From assembly GCA_902796925.1 (NCBI GenBank), contig CADBQW010000052.1, positions 1 through 60,918 on the forward strand: a stretch of DNA of 60,918 nucleotides. Reading direction: 5' to 3'. The stretch is from an uncultured bacterium. GTDB taxonomy: Bacteria > Cyanobacteriota > Vampirovibrionia > Gastranaerophilales > Gastranaerophilaceae. Made by a program: the position numbers and the translations under genes. Positions within the stretch are counted from its first letter, which is position 1. Every line of letters begins with the position of its first letter. Positions 29,323-37,156 of the stretch are shown in pieces. The notes below the pieces were generated by a model that saw nothing but the letters and a program-made list of their open reading frames with translations, was not told where the DNA came from and did no database searches.

Positions 29323-29841
29323 TTATTTGCAGTTAATATTTTTGTTTAATAGTCCGTAAATCTCAACATCTTGAGGAATTGCGTTTTTTATGGTTTCTGA
29401 TTTAAAAAACCCTTCTTTTTCAAAACCGCAATAATTCAAAATACTCCTGACTCTGTTATTTTCAGGGTAAATACAGGCTTTTAGTTTGTGCAAATTAAGG
29501 TTTTCAAAGCATAGAGAAATAAATTCGTCAGCAACTTTTCTGGTAAACTGCCCCCAAAATTTTTTATCCAAGCATACTGTTAACTCTGCGCAGTGTATGT
29601 AATCTTTGGAACCTATAAGTTCATCAAGATAAATGAAGCCTGCATAGCTTTCGTCGGCAAGTATAACCCAAAATAGAGGGGATCTTTCCAAGATAAATGT
29701 ATAAATATAATTTATTCCAAATTGATTTTTTGAAAAGTCATCCCCCAAAAACTTTCTGTAGCGAATGTATAATAATAATATTTTGGGGAAATATAAATGT
29801 ATATTTTGTCTTGTTATTGATAAAAATTTTGGGCTCATCAT
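29323..29841 (-). CDS. GNAT-family N-acetyltransferase (RimJ/RimL-like)
   Basis: 172 aa. HKLKACIYPENNRVRSILNYCGFEKEGFFKSE matches the acetyl-CoA-binding and C-terminal pattern of Acetyltransf_3-type GNATs. An ATGA overlap joins it to the upstream gene. Confidence 0.7.
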   Translation of the reverse strand: MMSPKFLSITRQNIHLYFPKILLLYIRYRKFLGDDFSKNQFGINYIYTFILERSPLFWVILADESYAGFIYLDELIGSKDYIHCAELTVCLDKKFWGQFTRKVADEFISLCFENLNLHKLKACIYPENNRVRSILNYCGFEKEGFFKSETIKNAIPQDVEIYGLLNKNINCK

Positions 29842-30200
29842 CGTTCTAACACGATCTTTTCAAATGAAATAAAGTTTCCGTCTGATTCAAATACAGAAAG
29901 TTCACCTTTTAGTATTTGTTCTCTCAAATCGTCACGCAAACCTAAAAATCCGTCGGCTTGAATCCCCGTAATAAATGATTCAACTTTAGTTTTTCGATTA
30001 AAAATTTTAAATATGGAATCTTTTGAAAATATCTTTTCTGCGGGAACATTGCTAATGTTTCGTTCTTCAAAAAATTCCGGCTTCTTTTGTGAATTTTTAA
30101 TTTCTTCTTCCAACTCCTTTTGCATTTTCATTTTAATAAGTTCGTCAAGAGATTTTCCTGAAAGAAGAACTTCTTCAATGTTGTTTTCTGTGTTTTTCAT
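29838..30200 (-). CDS. Hypothetical phage protein, translationally coupled to the GNAT gene
   Basis: 120 aa, acidic and helical, with the conserved AAGAAAGGAAAAATT ribosome-binding motif. I recognised no family. Confidence 0.55.
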   Translation of the reverse strand: MKNTENNIEEVLLSGKSLDELIKMKMQKELEEEIKNSQKKPEFFEERNISNVPAEKIFSKDSIFKIFNRKTKVESFITGIQADGFLGLRDDLREQILKGELSVFESDGNFISFEKIVLER

Positions 30201-30287
30201 AATTTTTCCTTTCTTATAATTAAAGTATTGCTAAGCTGAATTTAAGTAAATATTATTCAGTCAACGTTTATGCTTATCCAAATAAAC

Positions 30288-30719
30288 TTATATTTTATCT
30301 TCATCAAGGTTTTCGATAGTGATTATACGCGGCAAGTTACTTTCTAAATCCTGTTTAGACGAAATGTCCAAATATTTTGCAAGACTTTCAAGGGCTTTCA
30401 ATCCTGCTGATGTATCACGAAGTTTCTTTTTTCCGGTATAGTTACCGTCTTTATCAAGAATATCTTCGACTTCAAGCGAAAATTCCGCAATCTGTAAGAG
30501 TTTTTTAACTACGTAACCTTTCTGAATTCTCAAAGATTTAATCTGAAAATCCATTTCATTTTTTATTTCCTTGATAATTTTTGGATTAGCAAGAAGTCTG
30601 CGTGCAAAGCCGGCTTTATCCTTTATTTTGTAACCGGCTTTTTCAACAGACAACGAACCGTCAAGTGTTTTTACATATTCTTGTATAAAAATTTTTTGTT
30701 GAGGGGTAATATTTTTCAT
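30288..30719 (-). CDS. terS: Phage terminase small subunit
   Basis: ITPQQKIFIQEYVKTLDGSLSVEKAGYKIKDKAGFARRLLANPKIIKEIKNE matches the Terminase_2-type N-terminal HTH pattern. Confidence 0.75.
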   Translation of the reverse strand: MKNITPQQKIFIQEYVKTLDGSLSVEKAGYKIKDKAGFARRLLANPKIIKEIKNEMDFQIKSLRIQKGYVVKKLLQIAEFSLEVEDILDKDGNYTGKKKLRDTSAGLKALESLAKYLDISSKQDLESNLPRIITIENLDEDKI

Positions 30720-30762
30720 TGTTCTTATTTGTAAATAATTATTTATTAAGCTTTGTTAAAAG

Positions 30763-30791
30763 TTGTACATTATTGAATTTGCATGTATAAT
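30763..30791 (+). promoter_or_regulatory. Candidate sigma-70 promoter on the strand opposite to the phage genes
   Basis: TTGTAC, a 17-nt spacer, then TATAAT (a perfect -10 preceded by TG). Chance matches are common in AT-rich DNA. Confidence 0.3.
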
Positions 30792-30826
30792 GAACATGCT
30801 ATTTATATTTCGGCTAGTGTAAATCT

Positions 30827-30860
30827 AAACAGGGGGAGATGAAAACTTCCTGTTTTTTTT
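30827..30860. terminator. Intrinsic terminator hairpin, potentially bidirectional
   Basis: AAACAGGGGG/CTTCCTGTTT stem of about 10 bp including two G-U pairs, followed by T8 on the plus strand and UUUAGAUUU on the minus strand. It lies 16 nt downstream of the stop of the 222-aa gene. Confidence 0.65.
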
Positions 30861-30875
30861 GCCTTAAATTGAATG

Positions 30876-31514
30876 TTAATTACGCGAGAGCTTTACATGA
30901 GGGGTATCATTTGCAGAAGGAGATGAGTCTGCAACCAGATTTGCTAAAGCGGTTTTATACATGGATAGCCAGTAGTTGAATCGTATATGTTGAGGGTTAC
31001 CCTTTAGGCGCATACATGTTCCATATACAAGTATTGGCTCAGCAAAAGGATCTGGAATGAGAGTTTCATCGTCAAAGAATTCCAGTGAAGATTTTTCAAT
31101 ACCGTTATTATTTTTAGTTGAATTCAATGTGTAGTATACGATTTCAATTAGTTTATCTTCCCTAAATTGAGGTAAAAGAATTTTATCGTTAAAAATTGTA
31201 TAAGTGAGAGGTTTCTGTTCATTTGTGAAAAATTTTTCAAAATTATCATCGTATAGATATTTTTGATTATCAATAGTCAGGTATAAAATTTTTCCAAAAA
31301 TGGGGTTTTCAATATCTCCGGTATTTGCCGGCAGAGAAACAGTTTTTGTTCTTAAGAGAAAATTCCATTTAAAAGAAGAACATATTTCAGAATTAATAAC
31401 GTTTATTATATTTTTAATTTTTATATGTTCATTCTTAACAAGTTCAGAAAAAGAGTTAACGGACTTATAGTTTAATTCAGTAAGACATTTGTTAATAATA
31501 TTTAAGTAGTTCAT
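30876..31514 (-). CDS. Hypothetical phage structural protein (possible head-tail adaptor)
   Basis: About 212 aa. The start is set at ATG 31514 (MNYLNIINK), preceded by AAGAAAGGAAATTTT. The track's longer start lies inside the upstream terminator hairpin. The function is inferred from position only. Confidence 0.5.
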   Translation of the reverse strand: MNYLNIINKCLTELNYKSVNSFSELVKNEHIKIKNIINVINSEICSSFKWNFLLRTKTVSLPANTGDIENPIFGKILYLTIDNQKYLYDDNFEKFFTNEQKPLTYTIFNDKILLPQFREDKLIEIVYYTLNSTKNNNGIEKSSLEFFDDETLIPDPFAEPILVYGTCMRLKGNPQHIRFNYWLSMYKTALANLVADSSPSANDTPHVKLSRN

Positions 31515-31531
31515 AAAATTTCCTTTCTTAT

Positions 31532-31567
31532 AAAAAACCGGCAAATCCGACGTAACGGATTTGCCGG
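31532..31567 (-). terminator. Strong intrinsic terminator after the coat/scaffold genes
   Basis: Perfect 12-bp stem CCGGCAAATCCG/CGGATTTGCCGG with a 6-nt loop, followed by U6 on the minus strand. Confidence 0.85.
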
Positions 31568-31588
31568 TAAACGTGAGTTTATCTGGAA

Positions 31589-32221
31589 TTACTTGATTTG
31601 CCCTTTTCGCAATTGATCCATTATGAGCTTTTCATTTTTTAGGAATTCGTCAGTTGACATTTTGCCAATGTCAGCGCGGGTAAAGAGCTTTTGATAAGGA
31701 GTTGATGAAGATGAGTTTTGGGCATTGGTATTCAATTTCATTTTTGCTTGAGAATTTTCTTTTTCAAGGTTCTCCCCAAGTTTAAGTTCATCCAGATAAT
31801 TTTTAACTGCATTCTTTTCTAAAGATTCAATTAATTTTGTTATCTGTAAAATTTCGTCGTCATCAAAATCGGTATCCAGTCCTTTAAGATATTCCAAGAC
31901 CTCCTGACGCCCATTTTTATTAAAGAAATCGGTATTATCAAGGGCAGTTCCAACCGAGAAATCCTGCAATAGTTTTCTAGTTTTTTCAATCGCATTGTTA
32001 GTAAGTTCCGCGACTTGATTTTCATTAATTTTCCCTTGGCGTAGTAAGTTTTCAATATTCGCGAATTCTTGAGCAAGAATTCTTTGAACAAGGGATCTTG
32101 ATATAGTACCGTTTCCATCATTTATTATTTCATTGCCGGTTGGTATTGAAATATCTTGTGGACCTTGATTTGTGAAAGACGGCAAATCTGATTGTAATTG
32201 GTTTTGTTTTTCTGTGTTCAT
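31589..32221 (-). CDS. Scaffolding-like protein
   Basis: 210 aa, helical, acidic and Q/N-rich, located next to the coat gene. The C-terminal motif FTRADIGKMSTDEFLKNEKLIMDQLRKGQIK is present. No head protease gene occurs in the cluster. Confidence 0.55.
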   Translation of the reverse strand: MNTEKQNQLQSDLPSFTNQGPQDISIPTGNEIINDGNGTISRSLVQRILAQEFANIENLLRQGKINENQVAELTNNAIEKTRKLLQDFSVGTALDNTDFFNKNGRQEVLEYLKGLDTDFDDDEILQITKLIESLEKNAVKNYLDELKLGENLEKENSQAKMKLNTNAQNSSSSTPYQKLFTRADIGKMSTDEFLKNEKLIMDQLRKGQIK

Positions 32222-32223
32222 AT

Positions 32224-32472
32224 TTAGCCTTCCTGTTTATATTTCTGTTTGGTTTTCATATATGCAACTGCAAATTCTACAGCATCATCAATAAAATGAG
32301 AGAGAAACAATTCAATAATTGGTTTAAACCAAGCTGCTACTGGTAAATTTGATATAATAAAATTAATTGCGGCAGTTTTCTTGGCCTTTCCGGATTGTGA
32401 TTTCATTTCTTCTTCCATTTTTTCTACTGCGATTTTTGCAAGATTTTTAATCTGAGCTTTTATATAGAGCAT
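32224..32472 (-). CDS. Small phage protein, possibly holin-like
   Basis: 82 aa. SGKAKKTAAINFIISNLPVAAWFKPIIELFLSHFIDDAVEFAV loosely resembles LL-H-type holins. It has one moderately hydrophobic segment. The call is weak. Confidence 0.25.
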   Translation of the reverse strand: MLYIKAQIKNLAKIAVEKMEEEMKSQSGKAKKTAAINFIISNLPVAAWFKPIIELFLSHFIDDAVEFAVAYMKTKQKYKQEG

Positions 32473-32489
32473 AATTTCACCTCTAAAAT

Positions 32490-33347
32490 CTATGCAGCAG
32501 ATACAATCATTTTTGCAAGAGCGTTTGGTTGAACAGTTTTTGCACCGTATAAATATAAACCTCTGACCAAATCTGAGAAGCTATCTTTATCTCTTAATGT
32601 TTCAATTTTAGCCAATTGAGAGGCAAAAGTAATTGCATCATTAGTACCCGCGAGTACGTAATACTTGTTGTTGGTTGCAGTTAAGTTTGTGCTTACTAAA
32701 ACATCCATTCCTGCAATTCTTCCGATGGCACCGTTTCTTAATGTTTCATCTGCAACATTGTGAGCACCAATAAATTCTGGGCTTTGCAACAAGTAAGATT
32801 CTACGGTAGGATTTATAACAACCCAAGGGTGACTTGTTGAAGATACCGCATTAGAATTTTTTAGAGCAAGAGCCAGTTGCACGAATTTTTCATAAATAGT
32901 GGTTTTGCTTAATGTAATAGGAGATGCCTCTGTTCCAACAGTATTTGCACTAACTACATTCGTGTGTTGTGATAACAAGTATGAATCTTGAACTTCTTCG
33001 ATTGCTTTTTTTGCATTTGCAAGGTGAGCTTCCATAATATCGGTGTTAGCTTGAACTTTGGCAACATCATTAATTTTGAAGGCGAAAAATTTCTTTTGAT
33101 CAATTACAAGTTCCATAGAAGTTGGTTCAAGTTCAGAATATGTAATAGCTGATGAACCTAAAGTTGAAACTGAAACTGCAGCGGGTGTAATAATTTTAAC
33201 TTTGTCACCTTGATTTGCTATTTCACCTTCCCAATTCCTGTTAACACATTGGAGCATAACACATCCTTTTTCAAGCATGGCATTTAATTTGTTACTCCAT
33301 ACTTCCGGGATGAAAGCTGAATAAGAGTTTGTTGTTTCTTCTGACAT
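32490..33347 (-). CDS. Major capsid protein, P22-coat-like (HK97 fold)
   Basis: 285 aa. The N-terminal IPEVWSNKLNAMLEKGCVMLQCVNRNWEGEIANQGDKVKII matches the P22_CoatProtein-type pattern. Confidence 0.75.
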   Translation of the reverse strand: MSEETTNSYSAFIPEVWSNKLNAMLEKGCVMLQCVNRNWEGEIANQGDKVKIITPAAVSVSTLGSSAITYSELEPTSMELVIDQKKFFAFKINDVAKVQANTDIMEAHLANAKKAIEEVQDSYLLSQHTNVVSANTVGTEASPITLSKTTIYEKFVQLALALKNSNAVSSTSHPWVVINPTVESYLLQSPEFIGAHNVADETLRNGAIGRIAGMDVLVSTNLTATNNKYYVLAGTNDAITFASQLAKIETLRDKDSFSDLVRGLYLYGAKTVQPNALAKMIVSAA

Positions 33348-33397
33348 AATTTTTCCTTTCTTTTACTTATACTGTCACTAATCGACATAATGTCGAA

Positions 33398-34921
33398 TTA
33401 TTCATCAAGATAAATTTCTCTAAATTGCAACCCAATAATAGAGCAAGATGAATTTAAATCACGTCCTTCAATACAAATCAAAACAGAGTAGTTTGAACCT
33501 GAAATTTCTGCTTTTTCCAGAACTTCTTTATTTACTGCCCATAAAGGAGTTCCGTCATTTTCAGAACCCCAAAAACATGGCAAATTATCAAAAGTATCAT
33601 CATCTGAGGCAAAATATAGTTGATCTTTTTGGATTGAATATATTTCTTCCGAGTCTTCATAAAGTTGCCCATCGTAATCCTTGTATAGATACATCTTGAA
33701 TTTATTATCATTTTCATCATCAATTAAGAAATAAAATTCATCAATTAATTTTCTCTTGTGAGGATTAATAAATGATAAAAATGGAGATTTCCACATAAAT
33801 TGTATAGGTTGTCCATTAAACGTATTCCCCGTATCTTCTTGAAAAATATTACCCTCATCATCGCAAGTTAGTATTGAATCATCATATATGCAGGCTGACA
33901 CAATGTTTTGCGGGATAATTCTTTTATACCAAGCATTATTAACATAATCAAAAATTAAAACTTTATTCAGGTAATCGTTAGCAGTATATGGAATGAAATA
34001 CCAAATTTGATTTCTTTTTGCATAGTGTAAGCAAATTGAATATTGTATCTGTGAATGATTAAATTTGTCAAATTCCAGCTTTATATTTTCAGCAATATTA
34101 CTTCCAAGGCGAATTTGATTAAGTTCTCCGATTTCCTCCAACGGAAAGATTCCGTGCCCAAGAAAGTACTGTTTATTTTGGACATTAACAATTGCATCGT
34201 TAGCAAAAGTTCCCGAATCAGCAAGTTGCTGAATTTTAAAATCTTCATGACTGGTACCTGACAACAGGTAAACGGAACTCTTTTTATATATTGCAAGGTA
34301 ATCCCTATAAGGTTTGAGTGCAGTGATATAGTCAGTTTTGGTATAGAAATCTCTTATATACCCGGCATCATTTGCTTGAGTAAAGTCATCATAAGTTCCC
34401 AGTGCAGAATAGTATATAGTAGAATCTTTTGCAACCCAAACTCTGCCGCCAAAAACAGTAATTATACCGTTTGTAATTGTATTGTTATTTTCATCTTTTA
34501 AATTACAGTCTACAATATCGTAATTTTGATTATTTTTAATATAAAATAAACCGTCACTTTCCGACATAACGAGCAGTCCGTCAAGGAAACCAACCGTTCT
34601 TAAATGAACTCCGGTAATACGTTTAGAAAGTAGAGTCAGATTTTGAGTTATAGAATCGTGTATATATAGTTTACCGGAATAAGTTGAAATAAAAAGTTTT
34701 TTACTTTCCATTTTAGAAATTTCAGAAATACACGTAATTTTTTCATCATCCGGTATAGATAAGAAAACGATATTTCCACGTTGCTTTATAATACCTCTAT
34801 TTTTATAGATTTCGATATTTTCGGAATCTGTCCAATAGAGTTTTTTTGTATAGCTTCCGAGTTCGGTTCTTGTAAGTGCTTGATTTATCCCTCCGGATAA
34901 ATCGTAATAAGCTGTTTCCAT
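33398..34921 (-). CDS. Large phage structural protein (putative tail/nozzle, beta-propeller-like)
   Basis: 507 aa. The N-terminus YYDLSGGINQALTRTELG...IEIYKNRGIIKQRGN resembles podovirus tail or stabilisation proteins, and the composition is repetitive and beta-rich. This is context-based. Confidence 0.4.
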   Translation of the reverse strand: METAYYDLSGGINQALTRTELGSYTKKLYWTDSENIEIYKNRGIIKQRGNIVFLSIPDDEKITCISEISKMESKKLFISTYSGKLYIHDSITQNLTLLSKRITGVHLRTVGFLDGLLVMSESDGLFYIKNNQNYDIVDCNLKDENNNTITNGIITVFGGRVWVAKDSTIYYSALGTYDDFTQANDAGYIRDFYTKTDYITALKPYRDYLAIYKKSSVYLLSGTSHEDFKIQQLADSGTFANDAIVNVQNKQYFLGHGIFPLEEIGELNQIRLGSNIAENIKLEFDKFNHSQIQYSICLHYAKRNQIWYFIPYTANDYLNKVLIFDYVNNAWYKRIIPQNIVSACIYDDSILTCDDEGNIFQEDTGNTFNGQPIQFMWKSPFLSFINPHKRKLIDEFYFLIDDENDNKFKMYLYKDYDGQLYEDSEEIYSIQKDQLYFASDDDTFDNLPCFWGSENDGTPLWAVNKEVLEKAEISGSNYSVLICIEGRDLNSSCSIIGLQFREIYLDE

Positions 34922-34932
34922 AAATCCTCCTT

Positions 34933-35421
34933 TTAAATTTTATTTCTGTACCATTGAATTTTTGATCTAATAAAATTTCCAATCTCATTTTCCTTAACGA
35001 AGGGGTAAGGAGGGAGATAAATAATATCTATTTTCCCGGCACTAGTTGATTGGGGATGTTTTAGTCCGAATTCATAATGAGTTAAAACTGAATCAGGAGT
35101 AATTGGGATATTATATTTTTTCGAAAGTTTTGCACAAAAATCCATAGCCGCTTCAAACTGAATTTTACAAATAGGATAATGACCTACATTAAATCTGCTT
35201 TGAAACCCACTCATAGCGCAAAGAGCGACCCCTATTGCACCGGTATTTCCGCCACCGGTGTGGGCGGCATATTTACCCTTAATGCAGACTTCATTATTCT
35301 CAGGGGCGAAAATTCCATTATACACTTTACCATTTTTATCAATCATAAAGTGATAACACAATCTATCATGTGCGCAGGGATAATAACCTCCTGCACTCCA
35401 GTGTAGTATTATTTTTTTCAT
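34933..35421 (-). CDS. N-acetylmuramoyl-L-alanine amidase (Amidase_2/PGRP, T7-lysozyme-like)
   Basis: IILHWSAGGY...YHFMIDKNGKVY...AAHTGGGNTGAIGVAL...VLTHYEFG matches the zinc amidase_2 pattern. Confidence 0.75.
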   Translation of the reverse strand: MKKIILHWSAGGYYPCAHDRLCYHFMIDKNGKVYNGIFAPENNEVCIKGKYAAHTGGGNTGAIGVALCAMSGFQSRFNVGHYPICKIQFEAAMDFCAKLSKKYNIPITPDSVLTHYEFGLKHPQSTSAGKIDIIYLPPYPFVKENEIGNFIRSKIQWYRNKI

Positions 35422-35435
35422 AAGAAACCTTTCAA

Positions 35436-35639
35436 TTATTGATTTAAATTCATGCCTGATAAAACGTAAAAAATTACTGCTGCATTTACGCGATTACGTG
35501 CATTTAATTTTAAGATGCCTCTATCTATATAAGTTCTTACGGTACCATATGCGATATTTAATTTAATACCTATTTCTTTATCTGAATAGCCTAGTACCAC
35601 TAAATTCCAGACAGCATGTTCTCTGACTGATAGTTTCAT
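35436..35639 (-). CDS. LuxR/GerE-type HTH transcriptional regulator (stand-alone DNA-binding domain)
   Basis: 67 aa. LSVREHAVWNLVVLGYSDKEIGIKLNIAYGTVRTYIDRGILKLNARNRVNA is the GerE-family HTH. Confidence 0.8.
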   Translation of the reverse strand: MKLSVREHAVWNLVVLGYSDKEIGIKLNIAYGTVRTYIDRGILKLNARNRVNAAVIFYVLSGMNLNQ

Positions 35640-35732
35640 AATTTAATCCTTTTCGTATTCCAAAATTTTTCCTATATTTTCTACAATACAGGAAATGAAA
35701 TTTACAAAGTTCATAATGTTTCCTGCGTTCAA

Positions 35733-35757
35733 GAAAAAAGGGGAATAAAATTCCCCT
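35733..35757 (-). terminator. Intrinsic terminator after the Cys-rich gene
   Basis: 8-bp stem AGGGGAAT/ATTCCCCT with a 3-nt loop, followed by a U6-7 tract on the minus strand. Confidence 0.75.
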
Positions 35758-35811
35758 ATAGGAAAATAGGATTAGTAATGATAATATGGGGGATAAATTA
35801 AAAAAGAAAGA

Positions 35812-36231
35812 TTAACATTTCCCGATTTTTAAAGTTTTTAAATTGGAGTAACAACGTTTTTTAACTCCAAATTCGTTGTAATTTAGGTAGAACCTTCCAA
35901 CTGGTACCTTGGAATAATCCTTGGGCTTTTCTTCATATAAGATAAATTTTTTAAGTTTATTAAAAAATTTTTTTCCTTTTGAATTGAATTTTTTAATAAC
36001 GCTTAAATTATCATTATTATCAATTCTGGTCAGTTGAACACATAGATTGCCGCATACCGGACATTTACTCAAATAATCAATTTCGCAGACGACGAACTGT
36101 GCTTGAGGAATCAGACAATAAGTCCTGGTTCTCCTCAAGGCACCACAACAGTGTATAAAACCCATTTTAGATCTACTCCCGCCGATTACTCGGCACTGAT
36201 ACCTTCTCGGGTAGCAAACGGAATTTGCCAT
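35812..36231 (-). CDS. Cysteine-rich basic protein (putative zinc-ribbon), unknown function
   Basis: 139 aa with at least 9 Cys including CPVCGNLC, and a lysine-rich C-terminal half. It forms its own transcription unit. The ATG at 36231 is used; the track start is a TTG 3 nt upstream. Confidence 0.5.
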   Translation of the reverse strand: MANSVCYPRRYQCRVIGGSRSKMGFIHCCGALRRTRTYCLIPQAQFVVCEIDYLSKCPVCGNLCVQLTRIDNNDNLSVIKKFNSKGKKFFNKLKKFILYEEKPKDYSKVPVGRFYLNYNEFGVKKRCYSNLKTLKIGKC

Positions 36232-36415
36232 CAAAAGTTGTTTTAACTTTAGGTGTTTTTCACACCCGGGCTTGAACCTTAACTACATTTTTAGTATAAC
36301 TTGTTTTTTAATCTTCACAAGTCCCCAAAAAAGAATACCTTAAATTGTGTAAGCATTTTCATGGATATTCTTATATAAAATTTATTTGTAGTAAAATATA
36401 ACTCAAGGAGTTATA

Positions 36416-37156
36416 ATGCCTCATTTTTTTATAAATACATCTGATATTATAAATGATAAAGTGATAATAAAAGATAAGGACAATTATGTTCATATTGCAA
36501 AATCGTTGCGTACACGTATTGGAGAACCATTACTTCTTATTGACGAAAATAAAATCCAATATGAAGCAGTGGTGGTAGAAATTTCGAAAACTGAAGTGAT
36601 AACAGAAATAAAAAAGCGTTATGAATCTAAAAGGATCTTGCCCTTCAATATTTATCTGGCGCAAAGTCCATTACATTCAAATGCACAAAACTACATAATT
36701 GAAAAATCTACAGAACTTGGGGTAAAAGGAGTTTATCCTATTTTAACCGATAATTGTACTGTTAAAAAAGATACTATAGAAAAAAAAATAGATAAATGGC
36801 AACGTATTATGTGCGAAGCTTCAAAACAATGTGAGCGTGCTACGATTCCTCGCTGTTTAGATCTTACAACAATTGAAAATCTTCTGAATATGGGAAACTT
36901 CGATAAAATAATTGCTTTTTGCGAAAGAATAGCGGATAAGACAATTAAAGATACCTTACCGATAAAAACCGGAGAAAATATTCTTGTAATAATAGGTCCG
37001 GAAGGTGGTTTTTCAAAAAGAGAATTTGAAATATTTAGTAAAAATCCAAAGGTCAAAATGTTAACACTTGGAGATATGATATTAAAAGCAGATACTGCTG
37101 TTGTTGTTGCTCTCGGAAACTTAATTTATGAATTCACAAATACTATCAAAAATTAA
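36416..37156 (+). CDS. rsmE: 16S rRNA (uracil1498-N3)-methyltransferase
   Basis: MPHFFI...KDKDNYVHIAKSLRTRIGE (PUA-like N-domain) and a SPOUT C-domain IIGPEGGFSKREFE. Confidence 0.85.
   Translation: MPHFFINTSDIINDKVIIKDKDNYVHIAKSLRTRIGEPLLLIDENKIQYEAVVVEISKTEVITEIKKRYESKRILPFNIYLAQSPLHSNAQNYIIEKSTELGVKGVYPILTDNCTVKKDTIEKKIDKWQRIMCEASKQCERATIPRCLDLTTIENLLNMGNFDKIIAFCERIADKTIKDTLPIKTGENILVIIGPEGGFSKREFEIFSKNPKVKMLTLGDMILKADTAVVVALGNLIYEFTNTIKN

Larger units (their letters stand above)
24289..36231 (-). mobile_element. Phage-derived head/packaging/lysis gene cluster (defective prophage, GTA-like or satellite-like element)
   Basis: About 16 co-oriented genes including terS, terL, portal, coat, scaffold-like, amidase and GH108 muramidase. 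I recognised no integrase, repressor or replication genes. Housekeeping genes flank it on both sides. Confidence 0.8.

Noticed and set aside
30839-30979. A 46-codon plus-strand ORF (MKTSCFFCLKLNVNYARALHEG...) starting inside the terminator hairpin
   Set aside because: Its GGAG abuts the ATG directly with no spacer. The ORF runs antisense through the 3' end of the 212-aa gene, and its start lies in a stable stem. It is most likely non-coding.
24002-36381. A shared ATGGATATTC 10-mer in inverted orientation near both ends of the phage cluster (24011-24020 on the minus strand and 36361-36370 on the plus strand), as possible terminal inverted repeats
   Set aside because: It is only 10 bp, AT-rich and not extended by flanking identity. 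The chance expectation between two ~200-bp windows is not negligible, and it provides no support for transposon-like ends.
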